DNA of 20,956 bases from Kofleriaceae bacterium. Lineage in GTDB: Bacteria; Myxococcota_A; Polyangia; Haliangiales; Haliangiaceae. Both the position numbers and the translations under genes were made by a program. Of the stretch, positions 1 to 12,422 are shown in pieces. How positions within the stretch are numbered: position 1 is the stretch's first letter; every line of letters starts with the position of its first letter. The stretch is taken from the NCBI GenBank assembly GCA_046597055.1, contig JBKJLC010000065.1, forward strand, positions 1 to 20,956, given 5' to 3'. The notes under the pieces were generated by a model that ran no database searches, was not told the origin of the DNA, and saw nothing but the letters and a program-made list of their open reading frames with translations.

Positions 1-391
1 CATGAAGAAGGGCAAGCGCAGCGAGGCCGAGCTCAACCTCAACGCCATCGGCAAGAGCGCCAAGGCCCACTTCGTCGAGAACAGCGCGTTCCCGTCCAAC
101 GACGCCGTCCTCACCCCGGCCGCGCAGTGCTGCGGCGTGAACGCCCAGAACAAGTGCGTCGAGAACGACGCCCTGTGGAGCACCGACCCGGGCTGGATCG
201 ACCTCGCGTTCTCGGTCACCGAGCCTCACTACTTCCAGTATCAGTACACCCAGACCGCGGCGAACACCGCCGTGGCCACTGCGCAGGGCGACCTCGACTG
301 TGACACCACGTCGATCGTCTACTCGCTCGCCCTGAACGCGGTCGGCGGCAACCCCGGTCAGGCCATCACCCGCCCGACCAATGCCGACTGA
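1..391 (+). CDS. pilA: Type IVa pilin, copy 1 (5'-truncated by window edge)
   Basis: Frame +2 [16 protein letters not shown]...RPTNAD aligns without gaps to the complete pilin at 668-1171 from its DYMKKGK segment onward (104/129 identical by hand count). The prepilin N-terminus lies outside the window. Stop TGA 389-391. Confidence 0.9.
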   Translation, partial: MKKGKRSEAELNLNAIGKSAKAHFVENSAFPSNDAVLTPAAQCCGVNAQNKCVENDALWSTDPGWIDLAFSVTEPHYFQYQYTQTAANTAVATAQGDLDCDTTSIVYSLALNAVGGNPGQAITRPTNAD

Positions 392-415
392 GCTGTACCT
401 GCGCGGATGACACGA

Positions 416-447
416 CGACGGGCCCCGCGCGGGCCCGTTGCTATTTT
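416..447 (+). terminator. Putative intrinsic terminator after pilin copy 1
   Basis: Stem CGACGGGCCC (416-425) / GGGCCCGTTG (431-440, one G-U pair), 5-nt loop, followed by CTATTTT, 24 nt after the stop codon. Confidence 0.65.
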
Positions 448-667
448 CGGTAGCACGGATGTCGTCGCGGCGGTCAGGGCCCGGCCGAGTGCGGCTGGCA
501 CACGCGATTACGCAGCATGAGGGCTGCTCGCCGCGGCCAGATCGTCGATGATGTGCGGAAGAGTCCGACAGCGCGGCTGTGCGTCCGCCGGGCTCGAGGT
601 CCTCACGGGAGGTGACGACCTCGACACAACCGCCCCCGAGGGCCACCTCACCCCAAGCGAGAGTCCC

Positions 668-1171
668 ATGCACCGTATCAACTCGAGATCGCAGCGCGGC
701 TTCACCCTCATCGAGCTCATGATCGTCGTCGCGATCATCGGCATCCTGGCCGCCGTCGCCATCCCCGCCTTTCTCGACTACATGAAGAAGGGCAAGCGCA
801 GCGAGGCCGAGCTCAACCTCAACGCCATCGGCAAGAGCGCCAAGGCCCACTTCGTCGAGAACAGCTCGTTCCCGCCCAACGACGCCGTGCTCACGCCGGC
901 CGCGCAGTGTTGCGGCGTGAACGCCCAGAACAAGTGCGCCGCCAACGACGCCCTCTGGGCCTCCGACCAAGGCTGGATCGACCTCGCGTTCTCGGTCTCG
1001 GAGCCGCACTACTTCCAGTACCAGTACGACAACATCTCAGCGGATGTTGCAGCGGCCACTGCGGTGGGCGATCTGGACTGCGATACCACCTCGATCACGT
1101 ACACGCTCAACCTGACCGCCACCGCCGGCAACCCCGGCCAGGCGGTCGTCCGCCCGGTCAACGCCGACTGA
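668..1171 (+). CDS. pilA: Type IVa pilin, copy 2 (167 aa prepilin)
   Basis: Short basic leader [11 protein letters not shown], then the class III signal [25 protein letters not shown] with Glu5. Four Cys and a GDLDCD motif in the globular head. Confidence 0.95.
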   Translation: MHRINSRSQRGFTLIELMIVVAIIGILAAVAIPAFLDYMKKGKRSEAELNLNAIGKSAKAHFVENSSFPPNDAVLTPAAQCCGVNAQNKCAANDALWASDQGWIDLAFSVSEPHYFQYQYDNISADVAAATAVGDLDCDTTSITYTLNLTATAGNPGQAVVRPVNAD

Positions 1172-1264
1172 TCTGCGGCTCCTGGCCGAAGCCCTGAACA
1201 GCGGGCCGCACGGGCCCGGCGGCCGACCGGACGACCGGCCACGTAGCCGCTTGGCCGGCGCGAC

Positions 1265-2851
1265 TCACGGCGGGGCGGCGCAGCGGCGTTGCTGCTCGGC
1301 CTGGGCCGCCGCGTAGCCGGGGTTGAGCGCGAGCGCACGCGCGATGCTGGCGCAGCCGCTGGCCTGATCGCCCTGGGCAAGCTGGGCGAGGCCGAGGTTG
1401 AGCCACGACCGGAAGCGCGCGGGGTTGACCGCGACCGCCTGACCGAGCGCGGCCGCCGCCTCGGCCGGCCGGCTGGTGCGCAGGTAATGGACGCCGAGAT
1501 TGTTGAGCGCCTCGACGTTGCGCGGGTCGAGGGCAACGGCGCGCTCGAGCCGCGGCACCGCTCGGTCCCAGCGCCCGGCCTGGATCTCGAGGAAGGCCAC
1601 CCGGTACTGCGCGCGCGAGCTGTCCGGCGCCATCTCCGCCGCGTGCCGGTACAGCGTGGACGCGTCGTGCCACGCCGGCACCTGGCGCCAGGCCACCACC
1701 GCCAGCAGCGTGGCCCACAGCCCCGCGACGATCACGAGCGGGATCCGCAAGCGCGGCCGCGCGGCCGCCAGCTGGGCCCCCGCGGCGGCGGCGGCGATGC
1801 CGAGGCCGAACAGCGGCGCATACAGGTACCGGTCGGCGACCACCTCGGTGGTCCGGACCGCGATCGCCGCCGGCCCGATCAGCGCGATCCACCAGGCCAG
1901 GCCGGCCAGCGCGGTCCGCGCCCAGGCCGCAACCGGCTGGCGGCTGCGGGCCCGCAGCCCGGCCGCGACCACCACGACCCCCACCAGCGCCCAGCCGACC
2001 GCGAGGTAGCCGTCGCGTGGCGCGCGCTCGATCGACAGGTCGAACGGCAGCAGCACGATCCGGACGTACTCGAGCAGCACCGCGGGCAGGCCGATCACCG
2101 CGGCGCCGTAGGCCGGGCCGCTGCTGGTGGTCACCATCGCCGCGCGGATCGGCAGGTACCCCAGCGCGACCGCGACCAGGGCCAGGGCGATCCAGCCGCG
2201 CCGGTGGCTGTCGGGGCGCGCCAGCGCGACCGCGCCGATCGCGAGCGGCAGCGCGAGGTAGGCCTCCTTGGACAGGAGCGAGGCCACGAACGCCAGCGCG
2301 GCGGCGGCGGTCCACCCGATCGCACGAGCGCGCGCCGGCGCGTCCAGCGCGCGCAGCGCGGCGTAGGTCGCGAGCAGCGCGCACAGCCCGGCCAGCAGAT
2401 CGCCGCGCGCGGACAGGTACGCGACCGTCTCGATCTGCGCCGGGTGCAGGGCGAACAGCGCGGTCGGCACCAGCGCGAGGGCCCCACCGAGCCAGCGCCG
2501 GGCGACCCCGTAGGCGACGACGATCGCGAGCGCGCCCAGGATCACGCTGGTGCGGTGCAGCGGGCCCGGGGCGCGGCCCCACAGCCGGAGGTCGAGCCAG
2601 TAGCTCGCCGACACCAGCGGTCGGTAGCTGTCGTAGTCGAACTGCAGGCCCGGCAGGTCGGCCAGCGTGGGCTCGGCGCGCTCGACCTGGGTCAGGGTCA
2701 AGACCTCGACCAGCGGCCGATCGAACACCGGGTTGCGCTCGATCTCGGGCACGTCGTCCCAGACGTAGCCGTGCGCGGTGGTGCGGCCGAGCGAGACGAC
2801 GAAAGCTCCGACGATCAGCGCGAGGACCGCGAGCTCACGAGCACGAGACAT
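1265..2851 (-). CDS. TMTC-like GT-C family membrane glycosyltransferase with C-terminal TPR repeats (528 aa)
   Basis: From MSRARELAV: N-terminal TM helix, then YVWDD acidic motif, YRPL, LFALHPAQIETVAYLSARGDLL, LLSKE and ADRYLY, many TM helices, and TPRs (LERAVALDPRNVEALNNLG, AVAVNPARFRSWLNLG). ATG at 2851 chosen; an alternative in-frame ATG lies at 2956. Confidence 0.85.
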   Translation of the reverse strand: MSRARELAVLALIVGAFVVSLGRTTAHGYVWDDVPEIERNPVFDRPLVEVLTLTQVERAEPTLADLPGLQFDYDSYRPLVSASYWLDLRLWGRAPGPLHRTSVILGALAIVVAYGVARRWLGGALALVPTALFALHPAQIETVAYLSARGDLLAGLCALLATYAALRALDAPARARAIGWTAAAALAFVASLLSKEAYLALPLAIGAVALARPDSHRRGWIALALVAVALGYLPIRAAMVTTSSGPAYGAAVIGLPAVLLEYVRIVLLPFDLSIERAPRDGYLAVGWALVGVVVVAAGLRARSRQPVAAWARTALAGLAWWIALIGPAAIAVRTTEVVADRYLYAPLFGLGIAAAAAGAQLAAARPRLRIPLVIVAGLWATLLAVVAWRQVPAWHDASTLYRHAAEMAPDSSRAQYRVAFLEIQAGRWDRAVPRLERAVALDPRNVEALNNLGVHYLRTSRPAEAAAALGQAVAVNPARFRSWLNLGLAQLAQGDQASGCASIARALALNPGYAAAQAEQQRRCAAPP

Positions 2852-2962
2852 CTCGCCGCCGAGGATACTCGTTTCGGCCGGGCCGGGGCCGGCCGCGGGC
2901 CCCCCGCCACGCCGCGCCGGCCGCGCCTCGGCAGCCGGATCGCGATCGGTTACCATCGAGGC

Positions 2963-3853
2963 GTGGGCCGACTTGCCGCCGCCGCTGCCGTGCTCGCGCT
3001 GGTGCTCGGCGCCCACGGGCTGGGCACCGTCGCCAACGCCAGCCGGGCCCGCTGGCCAAAGACGCTCGACCTGCCGTACGCGCCGTCGCCGGGCGCCGCG
3101 CCGTACATCGCGCTCGGGTATCGCGAGCTGGCCGCCGATCTGCTGTGGATCCGCGCGCTCGGCTACGTCGGCGGCGACGACGACCAGGCGGTCGCGACCA
3201 GCGCCCTGGTCGAGAGCATCGTCGCGCTCGACCCGACCTTCGAGCGCATCTACGGCTGGGGCGCGCTGGCGATCAGCGCGACCGGCAGCAACGCCAGCAA
3301 CGACGATCTGCTCGCGGCGATCCGCATCCTCGAGCGAGGCATGGCGCGGTTTCCGAACAGCTACGTCCTGCCGCTCTACGCCGGCCAGATCTACACGGTC
3401 GACCTGCACAGCGACGACCCGGTGGTCACCCGGCGCTGGCAGCTCGAGGGCGCGCGCATGCTCGAGCGCGCGGTCCGGGTCCCGGGCGCCCCCGCCGAGC
3501 TCGGCACCTTCGCCGCCCACCTCCGCACCAAGCTCGGCCAGCGCGACAAGGCGATCCGCGACCTGCGCGAGCTCATCGTCTACACCAGCAACGCCAAGCA
3601 GCGCGAGGCGCTGATCCAGAAGCTGGCCAAGCTCGAGGAGTCCGACGCCGGCGAGCTCGCCTACGAGCTCGACACCGAGCGCCTTCGCTTCGAGGAGACC
3701 TGGCGGGCCGAGCGCCCCGAGCTCACGCGCACGATGTACATCCTGATCGGCCCGCGGCTGCCGAGCCGGTTTCGCCTCGACGATCTTGCGGTCGATCGCG
3801 ACCTCATCGGGATCGACGAGGAGCTGTCGCCGCTGCCGCCGCTGACCGACTGA
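2963..3853 (+). CDS. Pilus accessory TPR-like membrane protein resembling Myxococcus PilG / Geobacter XapA (296 aa)
   Basis: GTG start, N-terminal hydrophobic anchor, motifs GYRELAADLLWIRAL, IVALDPTFERIY and ILERGMARFP resembling, from memory, this pilin-linked family. Located next to pilA. Confidence 0.65.
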   Translation: MGRLAAAAAVLALVLGAHGLGTVANASRARWPKTLDLPYAPSPGAAPYIALGYRELAADLLWIRALGYVGGDDDQAVATSALVESIVALDPTFERIYGWGALAISATGSNASNDDLLAAIRILERGMARFPNSYVLPLYAGQIYTVDLHSDDPVVTRRWQLEGARMLERAVRVPGAPAELGTFAAHLRTKLGQRDKAIRDLRELIVYTSNAKQREALIQKLAKLEESDAGELAYELDTERLRFEETWRAERPELTRTMYILIGPRLPSRFRLDDLAVDRDLIGIDEELSPLPPLTD

Positions 3854-3873
3854 CCGCGCCGCTCGCCAGCGCG

Positions 3874-6771
<2,898 letters not shown>

Positions 6772-6924
6772 GGAACTTTCCCGGGGTGCAGCGTGGGTCG
6801 CCCCCTTACCGTGGGACCGTATACCAACTGAAATCCTTGGGCCAGAGTGAAAGCCTCGACTGGTAAGACCCCTTGCGAATTCGCGTGAGCGAGATCCCGC
6901 GTCGGCTCAACTCGGCGGAAGGCT

Positions 6925-8321
<1,397 letters not shown>

Positions 8322-8325
<4 letters not shown>

Positions 8326-9050
8326 GCGGGACCTCCGACCGGACCACCGTGCTCGTCGTCGGGTGCGAGCTCGCCCTCGACGATCAGGCCGTCGCGCATG
8401 GTGATCACGCGCTGGGCGACGTTGGAGACCCGGCGCTCGTGGGTCACGATCACCAGGGTCACGCCGTCTTTCTGGTTGAGCTCGCGAAAGAACTCGATCA
8501 CCTCGTGGCCGGTGGCCGAGTCGAGGTTGCCGGTCGGCTCGTCGCACAGGAGCAGCTTGGGCCGCGCGAACAGCGCCCGCGCGATCGCGACTCGCTGCTT
8601 CTGCCCGCCCGACAGCTCCGACGGACGGCGCAGCCCGAAGTCGGCGAGCCCGACCCGGTCGAGCGCCTCGCGGCCGCGCGGGTCGACGTTCCGGGCCGCC
8701 GGGTCGAAGCTGGCCGGCAGGGTCACGTTGCCGAGGCAGGTGAGGTGGTCGAGCAGGTTGAACGCCTGGAAGACGAACCCGATCGACGTGTTGCGCATGC
8801 GGGCGAGCTCGCGCTCCGACGTCCGCGCGTAGTCGTGGCCGAGGACCTTGATCGACCCGGCCTCGGCCTTGTCGAGACCACCGACGATGTTGAGCAAGGT
8901 CGACTTGCCCGACCCCGACTGGCCGACGAGGGCGAGCAACTCGCCAGGAGGCACGTCGAGGGAGACGCCGCGGAGCACCGGGTTCCGGGCTGCGCCCTCG
9001 CCGTAGCTCTTGGTGACGTTCGCGAGCTGGATCACCGGTTCGGTCGGCAC
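8322..9050 (-). CDS. ABC transporter ATP-binding protein, LolD/MacB-like (242 aa)
   Basis: Walker A GQSGSGKST, IGFVFQAFNLL, signature LSGGQKQR, Walker B LLLCDEPTGNLD, H-loop VTHE. Confidence 0.95.
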
Positions 9051-9083
9051 GATTTCGGCCTGGAACCTAGCACGCCAGGTCCA

Positions 9084-10568
9084 TCATCGCTGACCGTGGG
9101 CGGCGAGCACCAGGGCGGCCCCATCGATCGCGAGCGTCACCTCGCCGAGCTTCCAGCGCCGCAAGCGGCGCACGATCCGGTCGCGCGCGCGGTCGCGACC
9201 GACCACCGGCTCGAGCAGCTGGACCCATTCGTCCGCCGATAGCGCCTGCGGCCGCAGCCGCACCCGGCCCAGCTCGTCCCCCGGCTGGCCCATGCCGCCC
9301 GCCACCACCGCGTCGAGGGTGCCGCCGAGGCCCGCGATCGACGTGGAGCCAACCACCGCGTACGAGAACTTCGCCATCATGGGCACGTCGACGTCGTGGA
9401 CCTGGACCGTCCCGACCTTGCGCGACTTCCGCATGAACGACAGCCCCGGGATCTGGTCGAGCATCTGCTCCAGGTAGCCGGGCTCGACCAGCTCGACCGC
9501 GACCGCGGCGCGACCCTCGAAGCGCGCCGGGTCGAGCCGGTAGATGAACGCCCGCGCCGCCCGCACGACGTTCAGGTCGAATTCTTCGACCAGATCGTCC
9601 TCGACGCAGGGGCTGAGCCGCTGCGCGATCGCGCGCAGATCGATGCCGACCTCGGCCTGGATGGGCGCCTCGGCGCGGGCGGCTTGCCAGCCGGCCGGGA
9701 TCGGCGTGCGCAGCGCGCGGACGCCGTCGGTGCCGCCGGTCACGTCGGCGACGATCGCGCCCCGGACCTCGCCGCCGGTCACGCCGGCGACCGCCATGAG
9801 CCGCCCGAGCCGGCCGATGGTCTCGGCGCAGGCGGCCGGCTCGGTGACCAGCTTGTTGGCCATCAGCCGCGGCAGCCGGGCCACCGCGAGCACCGGCGGC
9901 TCGGCGCCCAGGCGGCGCGTGCCCTCGGCGATGGCGGCGGTGAGGTCGGCCTCCGCGCCGAAGCCTCCGCGCGCGGCCAGCGCCACGTCGAGCCAGGCGC
10001 CCTCGGGCTCGCGCTCGTCGAACGACTCGTAGTGCGCGAGGAACCAGTCGCCGGCGAAGGTCCAGTGCACCGCCTCATCGCGATCGGGCCGGAAGGTGTA
10101 GACGTCGAGATCGTGCGCGCGGCTGACCTGGACCACCGCGCCGCCGCCCCGCCGCTGCTCGATGTACGCGGCGAACCGCTGGGGGTCGGACAGCGGCAGC
10201 GCGATCGTCGGGGACAGGCCGCTGGCGAACACGACCGCGCCGCGGCCGACGTCGATGCCGTGATCGGTGAGGCTCGCGGTCGAGAACAGGTCGAGCCCGC
10301 CGAGGTCGCGCGACGAGTCGGCGCTCATCTGCGCGACGTCGTTGTCACTCAGGATGCCGATCGCATCGATCAGCTCGCGGGCGACCAGCACCACGTCCTC
10401 GACGCGGCGGCTGGCGACGACGTAGGTGGCATCGGCAGGCACCCAGCGCAGGCCCGCGTAGGCGCTGACCGCCGCCGGCATGCCGGGGGGCGCCCCGGGG
10501 CTGGCCGACCGGGGCCCGCACGAGGTCGCCAGCGTCACCAGAATGAGGACAAGACATGTGCGAACCAC
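9084..10568 (-). CDS. Hypothetical exported protein, probable lipoprotein (about 494 aa)
   Basis: From GTG 10568: MVRTCLVLILVTLATSC signal with lipobox-like Cys. Coding-like composition to the stop at 9084. The ORF extension to 10838 overlaps the divergent gene. Start is approximate. Confidence 0.7.
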   Translation of the reverse strand: MVRTCLVLILVTLATSCGPRSASPGAPPGMPAAVSAYAGLRWVPADATYVVASRRVEDVVLVARELIDAIGILSDNDVAQMSADSSRDLGGLDLFSTASLTDHGIDVGRGAVVFASGLSPTIALPLSDPQRFAAYIEQRRGGGAVVQVSRAHDLDVYTFRPDRDEAVHWTFAGDWFLAHYESFDEREPEGAWLDVALAARGGFGAEADLTAAIAEGTRRLGAEPPVLAVARLPRLMANKLVTEPAACAETIGRLGRLMAVAGVTGGEVRGAIVADVTGGTDGVRALRTPIPAGWQAARAEAPIQAEVGIDLRAIAQRLSPCVEDDLVEEFDLNVVRAARAFIYRLDPARFEGRAAVAVELVEPGYLEQMLDQIPGLSFMRKSRKVGTVQVHDVDVPMMAKFSYAVVGSTSIAGLGGTLDAVVAGGMGQPGDELGRVRLRPQALSADEWVQLLEPVVGRDRARDRIVRRLRRWKLGEVTLAIDGAALVLAAHGQR

Positions 10569-10751
10569 GCCGACATCATGCACGCTCAAAGAAGCCACGC
10601 AACCGGGCGGGGAGAACGTCGATAGGCGGCGCAAGACCATGGAGACAACCGTGTGCCCAACCGTCGCTGTCGATCGAAAACCCCAACGACCTGCAGTATC
10701 TTCACGACGCGGACGCGCGGCGCCCGTCCCCATGATCCAGAGGAGCGCGTC

Positions 10752-11129
10752 ATGACCGGCATCGACCGACCGTCCGGCCCCGGTGGCCCCAGCGGCCCCG
10801 GCGGCCCCGAGGGCCCCGAGGGCCCAGAGGATCTCCATGGACCCGACCTTGCGGAGGGTGCCGGCGCTGCCGACGCTGCGGCCGGGACCACCGGCCCGAC
10901 CGGCACCGACGACGTGGCCCAGCTCGCGGCCGACCTCGAGGCGGGCCGGATCGGCCCCGACGACGCGCTCGCCCAGCTGGTCGAGGGTGGCCTGAGCGGG
11001 CTGGATCCCGCCGATCAGGCCGAGCTGCGCGCGCTGATCGGCGACCTGGTCGCCGCCGACCCGTACCTGGCCGATCTCGTCCGCGAGCTCGGGGCGACCC
11101 CGCCGGAAGGTGATCTCGGCATCGAATGA
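10752..11129 (+). CDS. Small acidic hypothetical protein with N-terminal Gly-Pro-X repeats (125 aa)
   Basis: AGGAG RBS at 10741-10745, ATG 10752. Stop overlaps the next start (ATGA at 11126-11129). Confidence 0.8.
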   Translation: MTGIDRPSGPGGPSGPGGPEGPEGPEDLHGPDLAEGAGAADAAAGTTGPTGTDDVAQLAADLEAGRIGPDDALAQLVEGGLSGLDPADQAELRALIGDLVAADPYLADLVRELGATPPEGDLGIE

Positions 11130-12418
11130 CCCGCTCGCGCCGCACGGCCATGATCCTCGCCTGCGCGGTGGCGCTGGCGGGGCCGGCTCATGCCGATGAC
11201 GGCGATGCCGGTACCGGCAAGCGCGGCGACGTCGAGCTCGTGGTGTTCGTGACCGGCGCGCCCGGCGTGCCGCTGCCCGCCGTGCGTCGCGTGACCTTGC
11301 AGGTGTCGATGGAGCGCGCGCTCAAGCGCGATCCGCGCCTGATCGTCATCGACGAGGACGACCGGCTCGCGGCCCGCGCCGGCCGGGTGCCGGCCGAGGT
11401 GGTCGCCGAGGCCCGCGCGCTGGTGACCTCGGGCGAGGCGCTGCTCCGCCGCGGCCAGGCCGGCGCCGCGCTGCTCAAGCTCGAGGGCGCATCGGTGCAG
11501 CTGGCCCGCGTGCTGGCGTGGACCCAGAAGCAGGAGCTGGCGCGCGCCCAGTTCCTGGTCGGGGCCGCCCGGGCCTTGGCCGGGGACGCGCGCGGCGCAA
11601 CCGCGACCTTCGTCGCGCTGCTGGCATGGCGGCCCGACATGGTCGCGGACGCCGAGATCGAGCCGACCAAGATCCTGCCGCTGTGGGAAAAGGCGCGGAA
11701 GCAGGCCCGCCGGCTCGACGGCGGATCGATCGAGCTCGAGACCGATCCGGGCGGCGCGCTCGCGTACGTCGACGGCAAGCTGGTCGGCTTCACGCCGTCC
11801 ATGGTCGAGGGCCTGTCGGTCGGCGTGCACTACGTCACCGTGCGCCGCGAAGGCCACGAGCGGCGGGTCGAGCCCGTCACGGTGTCCAACGCGCGGCCGG
11901 CCCGGCTCGAGCTCACGCTGGCGCCATCGCCGGGCGCCGCCGAGGTGGCCGCGGCCGAGCGCGCCCTGGCCAGCGGCCTCGGTGAGGCGACCACCCCACC
12001 CGCGGCGCAGCGCGGCCTGGCCGTGCTCGGGGCGCGGCTCGACGTCGAGCACGTGGTCGCGCTGGTCGCGCTGCCCGGCGACGGCCGCTACCAGGCCTAC
12101 GTGTATGCGACCGACGGCGGGACCCGGCTGGCCGCACAGTCGATCGAGGTCGGCGAGGCCGAGCTCGAGGACGCCTTTGCCACGGCGGTGGTCGCGCTCT
12201 ACGCGCAGGTCGCGAAGGCGCAGCGGGCGAGCCCGGTCCGCGCGCCGGCCCGACCGGCCCGCGCCGGTCGTCGGCTCCACACGCGCTGGTGGTTCTGGGC
12301 CGGGGTCGGCGCGGTCACGTCGATCGCGATCGGGGTGCCGCTCGTCCGGTCGCTCGATCGAGGCGGGCCGGCGTGCCCGGACGCGAGCTCGTGCGGCACG
12401 GTCGTGTTCCGGTTCTAG
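11126..12418 (+). CDS. Exported PEGA-domain protein with helical/TPR-like region and C-terminal hydrophobic segment (430 aa)
   Basis: Signal peptide ending AHA. PEGA: IELETDPGGALAYVDGKLVGFTPSMVEGLSVGVHYVTVRREGH. C-terminal RWWFWAGVGAV and terminal VVFRF. Confidence 0.85.
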   Translation: MTRSRRTAMILACAVALAGPAHADDGDAGTGKRGDVELVVFVTGAPGVPLPAVRRVTLQVSMERALKRDPRLIVIDEDDRLAARAGRVPAEVVAEARALVTSGEALLRRGQAGAALLKLEGASVQLARVLAWTQKQELARAQFLVGAARALAGDARGATATFVALLAWRPDMVADAEIEPTKILPLWEKARKQARRLDGGSIELETDPGGALAYVDGKLVGFTPSMVEGLSVGVHYVTVRREGHERRVEPVTVSNARPARLELTLAPSPGAAEVAAAERALASGLGEATTPPAAQRGLAVLGARLDVEHVVALVALPGDGRYQAYVYATDGGTRLAAQSIEVGEAELEDAFATAVVALYAQVAKAQRASPVRAPARPARAGRRLHTRWWFWAGVGAVTSIAIGVPLVRSLDRGGPACPDASSCGTVVFRF

Positions 12419-12422
12419 GCCG

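Larger units (their letters stand above)
1..1171 (+). repeat. Tandem duplication of pilin coding sequence, offset exactly 780 bp (1-391 vs 781-1171)
   Basis: Bases 1-85 are identical to 781-865; the rest is colinear without indels. Confidence 0.95.

Noticed and set aside
496..514. Sigma54-like TGGCAC upstream of pilin 2
   Set aside because: The GG-N10-GC spacing fails: the -12 position reads ATTA and the next GC is 3 nt too far. At best a degenerate site.
548..667. 40-aa N-terminal extension of pilin 2 in the ORF track
   Set aside because: Type IVa leaders are short and basic; ATG 668 gives an 11-aa leader, and the extension overlaps a structured non-coding region.
392..667. c-di-GMP/cGAMP (GEMM) riboswitch before the pilin
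   Set aside because: The conserved GEMM-I (GGCAAA...GCAAA) and class II motifs are not visible.
1..1171. Diversity-generating retroelement template/variable repeat pair
   Set aside because: Mismatches are not adenine-specific (e.g. G/T, T/C), both copies are intact ORFs, and no reverse transcriptase is in the window.
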